The position numbers were made by a program, and so were the translations under genes. A DNA stretch of 34,950 bases from a virus (Duplodnaviria > Caudoviricetes). The DNA lies in IMG/VR virus record IMGVR_UViG_3300030330_003158, positions 1 to 34,950 of that record. One strand, given 5' to 3'. Positions 28,201-34,950 of this stretch are shown here, piece by piece. The notes below the pieces were generated by a model, which was not told the origin of the DNA, did not search any database, and saw only the letters and a list, made by a program, of their open reading frames with translations. How positions within the stretch are numbered: the stretch's first letter is position 1; each line of letters opens with the position of its first letter.

Positions 28201-29241
28201 AATGTACTAACGGGTATCACAACTCGTGGTATTGACGGCACACTTTCTCAGTCTTACACCGCTGATACTGAAATCCAAAAGTATGAGTTCGGTGGTGTAT
28301 CTCTAAGAAGAATCAACAAAGAGCACAACTTCGCATCAGTAACCAACTCTATCGATGGTAAGATCACTCTAGATGATTATTACCTTAAGATTGAGGGTGA
28401 TAAAGTGTTCACCAACTCTGGTTTTGGTGGTGGTAGCAAGGTGAAGGCATCTAAGAACATTCAGTTCGAAGCAATCACCCCACATTTAAGAAACACTCTA
28501 CCAGAGGGCACTACAATGTCCGCCAAGGTCAGAACGGTTACTGCTACCAGTGCTGATGGTTCTGAGACATCCTTCCAGGACCAAGGTTACGAACCAGTTT
28601 CCATCGCTAATGAGACTAAGTTCTCCACGCCTAGAATGATTGCTTCCCGCGAGAACGAGACTTCTAAGTTGGGTGCTTTGCCTGCTTCCAAGTCCTTCAC
28701 AATGGAAGTTACGCTCGGGAACACTAACGAGAATGTTTCTCCTACAATCGATGTTTTCGCAAGTAACATCACAACTAGAGGAAATAGAATCAATGCTCCT
28801 GTAAGCAACTATGTTACGGACAGAAGATCTAACACGCTACTAGAAGATCCACACAACTTCAATTACCTGACTCAGGTTATTGGACTTGAGAATCCTGCTT
28901 CTTCTCTACGCATTCTAGTTGATGTAGACAAGTCTGGTGTTGGTGATCTAAGAGTTCTATACAGACTCCAACGTGCTGATGGTTCTGAGATTGACAAGGT
29001 ATTTGAACTAATGCCTGGTTTCAATAATCTCAATACCAACGAACAGGTTATCAATCCTGCTCTCAATAATGGTACATCTGATAGAAACATCAGTGCTGCT
29101 CCAGGTCAATTCGTAGAACACGAGTTTACCGCGAATAACCTACCACAGTTTACTGCCTATCAGATCAAGATTGAGTGTACTAGCACCAATGCTGCGGCAC
29201 CGGTAAGACTAAGAGACTTCCGAGTTATCGCACTTGCCTGA
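22273..29241 (+). CDS. Large virion structural protein, DUF4815 / VrlC-like, 2322 aa
   Basis: NLNVNPYFDDFD, RVLFKPGTPVQARELTTLQSILQ, APGADRLKI, LARRTHDESGDY, GKAYVKG, DPLAQSF, GSLFKSQNASTW, C-terminal DFRVIALA. Confidence 0.88.
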   Translation: MPQNTNLNVNPYFDDFDPNKKFNRVLFKPGTPVQARELTTLQSILQDQIEKFGSHIFKEGSMVIPGSIAYDERYYAVKVESTFFGVPVELYLDKVVGLRIRGKQSGVTAVVKKVLTAAESVEDITTLYIKYQKSNSEDFETQSFTDGENLVTEADFTYGTTTIEAGSDFATCVLTNATATASAFSVEEGVFFARGAFVQVESETILLDQYTNTPSYRVGFQVVEEIVTAVEDDSLYDNAAGFSNFTAPGADRLKISLVLSKKALDNFQDQNFIELFRTKQGEVKKIVENTVYSEIAKELARRTHDESGDYYINPFLIEAEETLNDRHSQFGAFFSNQKTDDGNNPTKDMVSIKVGPGKAYVKGFEVETPGAIYVDANKPRETRLVEAESVPFQAGNLVRVNNVYGGASVGIATTGYVDLRSQRLGSDRDAAAGQSVGRARVYDYKVSAGAYTDASSTFDLFLFDIQTDTELTLNETLTLAAPALVEGKRSGARGFLRTQTGTTLTLHQTAGQFMVDEPIAVDGVDNGRIITEVKEFDITDVKSIRQEVGVQTFSADTVLEERKKYSQQFNFNSTTVTSSSGNWSVGIKEGDIISYVSGNGGTRFNRVAGIGADGSSLTVAAVEDVTGVCDGDLPGNVNVAGISIVSPRLRGSSSGYLYAEMPQKFVESVDLTRSDIFVRKEYRGRSTDGSGQTDLPSLSGTDFVYTPFDEERYTVLYEDGTIEPLTSDQFAITSGGKGATLSGLTASESNVVVVTTQQKSKVTAKNKVLSRCQSLVVNKSKHEYSGVSTANQDGLDYSNAYGLRVQDREISLNTADVVRILAVFESSSAADPIVPSITLTGLNGPNSDNTDLIIGEQIIGNVSGASATILELDGSNGIRIVKENPEVFIKNEEVTFSESGVVAKISSLSAGDKEITASFMLDGGQRREFVDFGRLVRRQNAAEPSRRLRVFFDKFIVESDDSGEIVTASSYSSDVYDIVPGFAGIRNTDVIDLRPRVADYSGSLSPFEWSSRNFSANGQSIPNVLVSDENITFDYRHYLGRVDRLFLNRDTTFTLVEGTPSIAPTAPEGLTSSFELAEITYAPYVLDVNRDITIEDKSNRRYTMLDIGNLENRIENLETVTTLSLLEAKTEALTVKDPDTGLDKFKTGFAVDNFGSFDLADKTVPSLNYNIENGTMVPRANFDSVDLLVGSEALIGLNGTPDPTVDPFYATDIGSPNLRKTGNLITMDYSEVEDFKQPFASRAVNVNPFDVVTWSGKMSLNPKEDYWVEKEFVTIDGGFGETEVITETSAIPKLRSQNIEFVATRLKPSTKMNTKFSSKDMSKQRKLTIPKLLEVTPVKGAFQVGETVRGEGDNAEIRFRLASPNHKDGPYNAPVAFFNTNPYTNTGISSSYSDTTTLLNIDTKSLTQKSNETFYGRVVKDMKLIGETSGAEATISKVRLVSDETGALVGSIHIPPKNPDFSNGTNLAEVSAKPSKIPGIPTSNAKANFTSKGDLIVETTIIRKPPPPPPPPPAPPPPPPVQEDSDPLAQSFRVTETPGIFMTSVDIFFATKSENIPVMLEIVTLVNGYPSQNVLGFKVLDAVDVKTSADAKTPTQFTFDFPVYLETGEYALVIKADTQDYNCWVARMGEEDISTKDLPELQKVIINKQPSLGSLFKSQNASTWTASQLEDLKYVARKAKFVTGEGTFKMFNPQLDADNEKYLLQTNPIEIFSKKVTLGLSSAVTNEFVVVGSEIRQTGRTSAGFIEAKLGPVAIGGTGLNITNAGVGYPNGAGQAITFQTQTGSGSGLTGIVTVTGGTVDSVSVNATGTGYAVGDTVTGTIGADGLGRSLVFTVGVVTSTNSLRLTNVTGQDFNTSADLLHVPTAGPAAGIGSTMTNINPTAVTINNNEFDGTHFRVQQRNHGMHAANNTVRIVGAVGDQIPTTITVGYAASSIENISVGNSATFNFFEGAQVTADNPGYALINKEIIAYTGVGNNVLTGITTRGIDGTLSQSYTADTEIQKYEFGGVSLRRINKEHNFASVTNSIDGKITLDDYYLKIEGDKVFTNSGFGGGSKVKASKNIQFEAITPHLRNTLPEGTTMSAKVRTVTATSADGSETSFQDQGYEPVSIANETKFSTPRMIASRENETSKLGALPASKSFTMEVTLGNTNENVSPTIDVFASNITTRGNRINAPVSNYVTDRRSNTLLEDPHNFNYLTQVIGLENPASSLRILVDVDKSGVGDLRVLYRLQRADGSEIDKVFELMPGFNNLNTNEQVINPALNNGTSDRNISAAPGQFVEHEFTANNLPQFTAYQIKIECTSTNAAAPVRLRDFRVIALA
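26785..26832 (+). repeat. Polyproline-coding tract (P9-A-P6), mostly CCA codons
   Basis: cca cct cca ccg cca cca cca cca cca gct ccg cca cca cca ccg cca. Confidence 0.95.
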
Positions 29242-29271
29242 TGAGTTGGTCATTTCTTTACGAGGAACTTT

Positions 29272-29463
29272 ATGAAAAGGGCGAAGGTACAAGATCACAA
29301 GGGTCTTGAGCGAGACATGAAATCACAGGCAATCGTGAATACAGACACGGTTGCCTATGAGAAATATATGGCAGAGAAAGAAAGAGTTCTCGCTCAGAAG
29401 TCGGAGATTGAGGAACTCCGTGCTGAGATTGCTGTTCTACGGGCAATGATCCTCAATAAATAG
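29272..29463 (+). CDS. Small protein with a C-terminal coiled coil, 63 aa
   Basis: GAGGA upstream; LERD..S.AIVNTD followed by the heptad pattern IEELRAEIAVLRAMI. Confidence 0.85.
   Translation: MKRAKVQDHKGLERDMKSQAIVNTDTVAYEKYMAEKERVLAQKSEIEELRAEIAVLRAMILNK
29455..29462 (+). promoter_or_regulatory. Late promoter box AATAAATA overlapping the TAG stop
   Basis: CTCAATAAATAG, 21 nt before the ATG at 29484. Confidence 0.65.
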
Positions 29464-29483
29464 GCTTAGTAAGGTAGAATCTA

Positions 29484-29822
29484 ATGGCAGTTCCTGTCGT
29501 CAATCTAGTCATTGAAGAAGGAACAGACTTCCAGAGAACTTACTCTCTGAACAAGTCTGATGGATCTCCATTGGATCTTAGCATCTATGAGTTCGATGCT
29601 AAGATGCGAAAGTGGAGTGATTCCGCTGGTAGCATTAGTTTTGGCACCACATATAATGCCGATCCAGCAAAAGGTCAACTAACTATTAGTTTGACTAATG
29701 CTCAAACAGGCATTATCACTGCTGGTCGTTATAATTATGACATTCTAATCGAGAATACAAATAATAATAAGAAAACAAAGGTCATAACAGGTCAGGTCAA
29801 AGTAAACTCGACAGTATCCTGA
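29484..29822 (+). CDS. Small beta-rich putative tail/baseplate structural protein, 112 aa
   Basis: NLVIEEGTDF...PLDL...AKMRK...GQLTISLT..QT...GRYNYDI...G.V.V pattern; position in the tail operon. Confidence 0.8.
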   Translation: MAVPVVNLVIEEGTDFQRTYSLNKSDGSPLDLSIYEFDAKMRKWSDSAGSISFGTTYNADPAKGQLTISLTNAQTGIITAGRYNYDILIENTNNNKKTKVITGQVKVNSTVS

Positions 29823-29823
29823 T

Positions 29824-30219
29824 ATGTCAAACATAATCGTTAGTGATAATGGCGGTTCTGTCTTTAACGTATCTGTTGACGATAACGAAGTAGCAGACGT
29901 AAACTTGGTGGGAGAAGGTGCTTTTCCTGTCCAAGTCGTTGTACAATCAGCAGTATCTGGAGCAGGAGGATCAGTGTCAAATCTAAGAGATCTGTTGGAT
30001 GTAAACTCATCCAATCTAAGTACGACAACAAACAAATTTGTTCTTACTTACGATGCTCCTAGTAATAATTTCCAGTTCGTAAATCCTGACGAAGTAATCC
30101 AGTCTGCTGTAGGTGTTACTACTGCCGATCCAGCACCTGTGGGTCTCACAACACAGACTATTGATTACCTCGACGACGTATTGGATAACAAGATTGATCT
30201 CGATGCTGGTGAGTGGTAA
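29824..30219 (+). CDS. Hypothetical tail-associated protein, 131 aa
   Basis: LRDLLDVN repeat unit, FVLTYDA, C-terminal IDLDAGEW; 1 nt after the previous stop. Confidence 0.8.
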   Translation: MSNIIVSDNGGSVFNVSVDDNEVADVNLVGEGAFPVQVVVQSAVSGAGGSVSNLRDLLDVNSSNLSTTTNKFVLTYDAPSNNFQFVNPDEVIQSAVGVTTADPAPVGLTTQTIDYLDDVLDNKIDLDAGEW

Positions 30220-30270
30220 TTGTTTACCTAGGACGGTAAGAGTTTACACCAGGTGTAGCCTAAAGTTACT

Positions 30271-30277
30271 CTAAATA
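30271..30277 (+). promoter_or_regulatory. Late promoter box CTAAATA upstream of the tail-fibre gene
   Basis: CTCTAAATATTT in an 88-bp intergenic region, 30 nt before the ATG. Confidence 0.7.
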
Positions 30278-30307
30278 TTTGAGTAGCAAAGATCAAATAC
30301 TCTCTTC

Positions 30308-33300
30308 ATGGCTGCTCCAGTAATTCAGTTTAAGAGAGGTCAATTCGCGAATCTGCCTGGTCTTCGTCCCGGAGAACCAGGCTTTACAACAGATAAATAT
30401 GACCTCTACGTTGGTATTGACAGTACAACGTCAAACAACAAATTCTTCGGATCTCATCGTTATTGGACAAAAGAAACGACGACGGCAGGATCGGGACTCC
30501 GCCTCGTTGAGGGTACAGACAATGGTGAAAACTATATTGAACTGAAGGCACCATCCTCAGTTGCGAGTAACCTTACTTATACGTTTCCAGCATCTATCAC
30601 CGCCGGTGGTTATCTACTAGTAGATAGCAACGGTGATTTGTCTTGGGATGATACCCTAGATGCCACATCTGTTAATGCCACGGGTGTTGGTACGGTTGCC
30701 TTCCTACAGTCAACTACAGTAAATGTTTCCGCTGGTGCCACCATTGCTGGTGCTCTAGACGTAGACGGTGGTGCCGACTTTAGTGGCAATGGCATTACAG
30801 TAACCGAAGTGAACGCAAGCGGAGTCGTCACCGCAACTACATTCGACGGCAACCTTGCCACCACAAATCTAACAGGAACTATCACCAACGCTCAGTTGGC
30901 TGGTAGCATTTCGAACGACAAGTTGGCAGGTTCTATTGCCAACGATAAACTCGCTAACAGCAGTGTTTCTCTTGGTGGAGTTTCGGTTTCTCTAGGTGGT
31001 GCTGACGCAACCCCAGCGTTTGACTTACAAGATGCCACAAACCTACCTACGACCAGTCTAACTGGTACAATTACCAATGCTCAGTTGGCAGGTTCTATTG
31101 CCAACAGCAAGTTGGCAGATCCTACTACTTCTGTCGGTGGTGTTACGCTAACCCTTGGTGGAACAGACGCTACTCCTGCGTTTGATCTTCAGGATGCCAC
31201 AAACCTACCTACAACCAGTCTAACTGGTACGATCACCAACGCTCAGTTGGATGGTTCGATTGCTGACAGCAAACTCAACACAATTAGCACTGCTAATAAG
31301 GTTGATATTGGTGCTCTTGACATCGATGGTGGTACCGCAACTACTGAAGTTGCTGACGCCGACCTAATGATCGTCGATGACGGTGCTAACGGTACAAACC
31401 GCAAAGTAACCGCTGCTAATCTTAAGGACTACATGCTCGGCGGTGGTGCCGGAGCGAACTTTGCTGCGATTAACGTATCTGGTATTTCCACCGTAACGTT
31501 TGCTGATGCTACAACCCTTAAGGTCGGTGCTGGTGCCACTATTGGTGGTGCTCTAGATGTTGATGGTGGTGCTGACATTTCTGGTGGCGAAACCACCATG
31601 TCGTCCGCTACTGTTAGCGATCTAACTTCTGGTCGTGTTGTTCTTGCTGGTACCTCTGGTGCTCTAGGCGACAGTACTCAGTTGACTTTTAACACAGGCA
31701 ATGGTCTACGTGTTACCAACGATATCAATGCCTCTGGTATTGTATCTGCCACAACCTTCGATGGTAACCTCGCTACCAGCAACCTAACTGGTGTAATCAC
31801 CAACGGTCAGTTGGATGGCAACATTGCTGATAGCAAACTTGCTGAAGATTATGTCAAGACCTCTGAGGTTGATGACTCTTCTATCGAGTTCTCTGGTGGT
31901 TCTCTAAACGTTAAGGCATCTGGTGTTACTAACGCGATGCTTGCTGGAAGCATTGCTGACAGTAAACTAAACGAGATCACCACTGCTGATAAGGTAAACG
32001 TTTCTGCGATCAACATCGACGGTGCTACCGATATCGGTGCTGACCTTGCTGACGCTGACCTAATCGTTGTTGACGATGGTGCTGGCGGCACGAACCGCAA
32101 GGCAACCATGACCCGCGTTAAGGATTACGTCCTTGGTGGTGGTGCTGGTGCTAACTTCGTAAACCTCCAGGCAACTGGTATTACGACAACTAATCAACTC
32201 GGAACTACTGACATCGTAGTATCCGCTGGTGCTACCGTAACTGGTGCTCTAGACGTTGATGGTGGTGCTAACATCGCTTCCGGTCTAACCGTAACTGGTG
32301 GTGCGACACTTAACAGTGCTGCTGTTAGTGATCTAACCGACGGTCGTGTTGTTCTCGCTGGTTCTGGTGGTGAACTAGAAGATAGCGGTAACCTAACTTT
32401 TAATGGTTCTACTCTTGCCGTAACTGGCGATGAGACTGTATCTGGTGACCTAACTGTTTCCGGCGACGCTGGCGTAAGAAACGCTACCGCTTCCGGCATC
32501 ATGACTGCCACTGTATTTGCTACTGGAGCAGAAGGCAGTGCTGTTCGCGTCACTAGCGACACAATCTCCGGTCCAGCAACCCTAACACTTGACCCTGCTG
32601 GCGTTGGTGACAACACTGGTACGGTTGTTATTGCTGGTGACCTCCAAGTAGATGGTACGACAACTACCATCAACTCCACAACCGTCAATATTGACGACAA
32701 AAACATCCAGATTGCCACTGGCGCTGCTAACGACGCTGCTGCTGATGGTGCTGGTATCACCGTTGACTCTGGTGAAGGCGACAAGACCTTCCAATTCGAA
32801 GCAACTGGTGATAACTTCGGTTCTTCCGAGAACATCAACCTCGCTTCTGGCAAGGTTCTAAAGGTCAACAACAGCGAAGTTCTAAGCGGTACTGCTCTTT
32901 CCTCTGGTGTTAGCGTTGACGTTGCCTCGCTAGACATTGACGGCGCTACCGATATCGGTGCTGACCTAGTTGATGCTGACCTCCTAGTTGTTGATGACGG
33001 TGCTGGCGGTACAAACCGTAAGACCACAATGTCCCGCGTTAAGGATTACGTCCTTGGCGGTGGTGCTGGTGCTAACTTCGAGCAGATCAATGTCTCGGGT
33101 ATTGCCACTGTAACTTTCGCTGACGCTACAACCCTTAAGGTTGGTGCTGGTGCTACCGTAACTGGTGCTCTAGACGTAGACGGCGGTGCTGACATTGCTG
33201 GTGGTCTAACTGCTAACTCTGCTGCTGTATCCGACCTAACTTCTGGTCGCGTTGTTCTAGCAGGCACAGGTGGTGAACTAGAAGATAGCGGTTCTCTAAC

Positions 33301-34950
33301 CTTCTCTGGTGGTACACTAAGTGCTACAACCTTCGATGGTTCTGGTGCTCAACTAACAGACATCCCCAACGCTGCTCTTGATAACAGCACTGTTTCCTTC
33401 GGTGGTGTTTCTGTTGCTCTAGGTGCTGCTGACGCAACTCCTGCCTTCAACCTCGCCGATGCTACTGGACTACCCATTAGTTCTGGTGTTGCTGGTCTAG
33501 GTGCTAACGTTGCTACCTTCCTTGGAACCCCAAGCAGCGCAAACCTCGCTGCCGCGATCACTGATGAGACTGGTACTTCTACCCTAGTCTTCTCCGAGTC
33601 GCCAACAATCAACGATGCTACTCTAACTGGTGATATCACCGGTGGTCGCATTGCTGCTACCAACGTAAATGCTTCCGGTATTGTTACCGCTTCTAGTTTC
33701 GTTGGTGCTGACATCCGTCAAACAAACGGCGCACTAATCCCACTAGTTGGTGTTTCTAGTGTTTCCGCACATACTGGTCTAGTCACCGCCTTCAAGTTTG
33801 TTGGTTCTGGTCTAGAAGAGTATAAGGTTGAGGACGGCGTTGCCGAAATCAACTACACGGGTGTTGCTGCTACTACGTTTACAACATCCCAGACCATCAC
33901 CGCAACGCAAGGTCAAACCGCCTACACGTTCGATTCTGGTTACACACAAGGTTTTGTTGACGTATATCTAAACGGTGTTCGTCTCGTAACCGGTGTTGAC
34001 TACAACGATAACATCGATAAGACCACTGTAACACTCGCTTCGGGTGCTACCGCTGGTGACGAAGTTGAAATTGTTGCCTGGAAGTCTCTAGGTGACGTTG
34101 TTCACATTCAGTCACTTAAGACTGTAGGTGATCTAACTGTTAGTGGTGTTGCTACTGCTACTACTTTTAACGGTCAACTTAATACAACTGGTATCGCGAC
34201 TGCTGGTACTTTTGTTGGTAACCTAACCGGTGATGTAACTGGTAATGTAACTGGTGATCTAACCGGTAACGCTGACACCGCTACACAACTAGCAACTGCT
34301 AGAAACATTGGTGGTGTATCATTCAACGGTACCGCTAACATCAACCTACCTGGTGTAAACCAGACAGGTAACCAGGATACTTCCGGTAATGCTGCTACAG
34401 CAACTACTCTAGCGACTGCTAGAAACATCGGTGGTGTATCGTTTGACGGTTCTGCCAACATCGACCTACCTGGTGTAAACACAGCGGGTAATCAAGATAC
34501 TTCTGGTAACGCTGCTACCGCGACTGCTCTAGCAACTTCTAGAACACTAGCAATCGCAGGCGACGCTACAGGTTCTGCCTCCTTCGATGGTTCTGCTAAC
34601 GCAACCATCACAGCAACGCTTGCTAACAGTGGTGTTTCCGCAGGCACGGTTGGTTCTAGTTCCGCAATTCCTATCATCACAGTTGATGCTAAGGGTCGCG
34701 TTACTGCCACAAGCACCGCATCCATCGTTACAACCTTAACGGTTGACGGTGACAGCGGTTCTGAGGACATCGCACTAGCAACTGAGGATCTAACGATCTC
34801 TGGTGGTTCTAACGTAACCACTACCGCCGCTTCTAATGGCGTTTCGGTTGCTTTGGATGACGATATCAGTCTCACGAGCGTAACCGCTTCTGGTGCCCTC
34901 ACAGGCGGCAGTTTGAGTCTATCTGGCAACGCTACCGTCGGCGGTAACCT
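30308..34950 (+). CDS. Long tail-fibre-like protein, 3'-truncated by the window edge (>1547 aa); absent from the ORF track because it has no stop
   Basis: Hand-translated: starts MAAPVIQFKRGQFANLPGLRPGEPGFTTD (fibre N-terminal IQFKRG...GEP motif) and stays open to 34950; Gly/Ala/Thr/Ser-rich repeats; GDLQVDGTTTTINSTTVNIDDKNI; VDVYLNGVRL. Confidence 0.92.
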   Translation, partial: MAAPVIQFKRGQFANLPGLRPGEPGFTTDKYDLYVGIDSTTSNNKFFGSHRYWTKETTTAGSGLRLVEGTDNGENYIELKAPSSVASNLTYTFPASITAGGYLLVDSNGDLSWDDTLDATSVNATGVGTVAFLQSTTVNVSAGATIAGALDVDGGADFSGNGITVTEVNASGVVTATTFDGNLATTNLTGTITNAQLAGSISNDKLAGSIANDKLANSSVSLGGVSVSLGGADATPAFDLQDATNLPTTSLTGTITNAQLAGSIANSKLADPTTSVGGVTLTLGGTDATPAFDLQDATNLPTTSLTGTITNAQLDGSIADSKLNTISTANKVDIGALDIDGGTATTEVADADLMIVDDGANGTNRKVTAANLKDYMLGGGAGANFAAINVSGISTVTFADATTLKVGAGATIGGALDVDGGADISGGETTMSSATVSDLTSGRVVLAGTSGALGDSTQLTFNTGNGLRVTNDINASGIVSATTFDGNLATSNLTGVITNGQLDGNIADSKLAEDYVKTSEVDDSSIEFSGGSLNVKASGVTNAMLAGSIADSKLNEITTADKVNVSAINIDGATDIGADLADADLIVVDDGAGGTNRKATMTRVKDYVLGGGAGANFVNLQATGITTTNQLGTTDIVVSAGATVTGALDVDGGANIASGLTVTGGATLNSAAVSDLTDGRVVLAGSGGELEDSGNLTFNGSTLAVTGDETVSGDLTVSGDAGVRNATASGIMTATVFATGAEGSAVRVTSDTISGPATLTLDPAGVGDNTGTVVIAGDLQVDGTTTTINSTTVNIDDKNIQIATGAANDAAADGAGITVDSGEGDKTFQFEATGDNFGSSENINLASGKVLKVNNSEVLSGTALSSGVSVDVASLDIDGATDIGADLVDADLLVVDDGAGGTNRKTTMSRVKDYVLGGGAGANFEQINVSGIATVTFADATTLKVGAGATVTGALDVDGGADIAGGLTANSAAVSDLTSGRVVLAGTGGELEDSGSLTFSGGTLSATTFDGSGAQLTDIPNAALDNSTVSFGGVSVALGAADATPAFNLADATGLPISSGVAGLGANVATFLGTPSSANLAAAITDETGTSTLVFSESPTINDATLTGDITGGRIAATNVNASGIVTASSFVGADIRQTNGALIPLVGVSSVSAHTGLVTAFKFVGSGLEEYKVEDGVAEINYTGVAATTFTTSQTITATQGQTAYTFDSGYTQGFVDVYLNGVRLVTGVDYNDNIDKTTVTLASGATAGDEVEIVAWKSLGDVVHIQSLKTVGDLTVSGVATATTFNGQLNTTGIATAGTFVGNLTGDVTGNVTGDLTGNADTATQLATARNIGGVSFNGTANINLPGVNQTGNQDTSGNAATATTLATARNIGGVSFDGSANIDLPGVNTAGNQDTSGNAATATALATSRTLAIAGDATGSASFDGSANATITATLANSGVSAGTVGSSSAIPIITVDAKGRVTATSTASIVTTLTVDGDSGSEDIALATEDLTISGGSNVTTTAASNGVSVALDDDISLTSVTASGALTGGSLSLSGNATVGGN
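31004..31277 (+). repeat. Tandem 162-nt (54-aa) repeat DATPAFDLQDATNLPTTSLTGTITNAQL.GSIA.SKL
   Basis: Copies start at 31004 and 31166. Confidence 0.9.
31319..33079 (+). repeat. Three dispersed copies of a ~49-aa module IDG.T....DADL.VVDDGA.GTNRK.T...KDY.LGGGAGANF
   Basis: Copies at 31319-31462, 32012-32158, 32933-33079; copies 2 and 3 share an identical 25-nt run (32112-32136 = 33033-33057). Confidence 0.9.
34265..34542 (+). repeat. Tandem 120-nt (40-aa) repeat GNA.TAT.LATARNIGGVSF.G.ANI.LPGVN..GNQDTS, about 2.3 copies
   Basis: Units start at 34265, 34385, 34505. Confidence 0.9.

Noticed and set aside
8261-29090. Many 60-130-aa nested or antisense ORFs in the baseplate genes, including the poly-Gly ORF 26628-26972
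   Set aside because: Shadows of biased codon usage; the poly-Gly run is the reverse complement of the polyproline tract
9475-29241. Inteins or introns explaining the very large structural ORFs
   Set aside because: No intein splice-junction or LAGLIDADG motifs noticed; size is explained by repeated beta modules
29241-29309. 22-aa ORF MSWSFLYEELYEKGEGTRSQGS coupled by TGATG to the DUF4815 gene stop
   Set aside because: Very short and overlaps the RBS and start of the better-supported 29272 gene; probably chance
31004-34542. Diversity-generating retroelement TR/VR pair among the fibre repeats
   Set aside because: All copies are in-frame coding repeats, differences are mostly synonymous rather than adenine-specific, and no reverse transcriptase is in the window
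30610-34929. Minus-strand ORFs up to 277 aa over the right end
   Set aside because: Antisense shadows of the + strand fibre ORF from 30308, which has fibre motifs and a late promoter
1-34950. tRNA or rRNA genes
   Set aside because: Intergenic gaps are short, and I saw no cloverleaf or T-arm signature in 1-438 or 30220-30307

Overview
This window is from a T4-like myovirus, most likely a cyanomyovirus of marine Synechococcus/Prochlorococcus (host inferred from gene content and order, not proven). It has three parts. (1) 1-435 is non-coding and repeat-rich, with a perfect leftward sigma70 promoter; it may be an origin or strand-switch region. (2) 439-7113 is an accessory block of mixed orientation: three paralogous sulfotransferase-fold proteins with Trp in place of the usual 5'-PSB Lys, a NodU/CmcH/TobZ-family O-carbamoyltransferase, an HNH endonuclease, an SGNH-like hydrolase, a GT-A glycosyltransferase-like protein, and four microproteins missed by the ORF track. 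An intrinsic terminator closes it. (3) 7185-34950 is the late baseplate/tail operon: gp25, gp6, a gp7 apparently split in two, gp8, a DUF4815/VrlC-like protein with a polyproline tract, three small genes, and a >1547-aa repetitive tail-fibre ORF that runs off the right edge. The best candidate for an undescribed system is the modification cassette beside structural proteins carrying many G-[IV]-[GAS]-[ST] motifs, which suggests phage-encoded glycan synthesis and tailoring (virion or host surface) or DNA hypermodification. The window also shows strong RGCY depletion (no GGCC found by eye). All family calls come from motif recognition; no searches were run.
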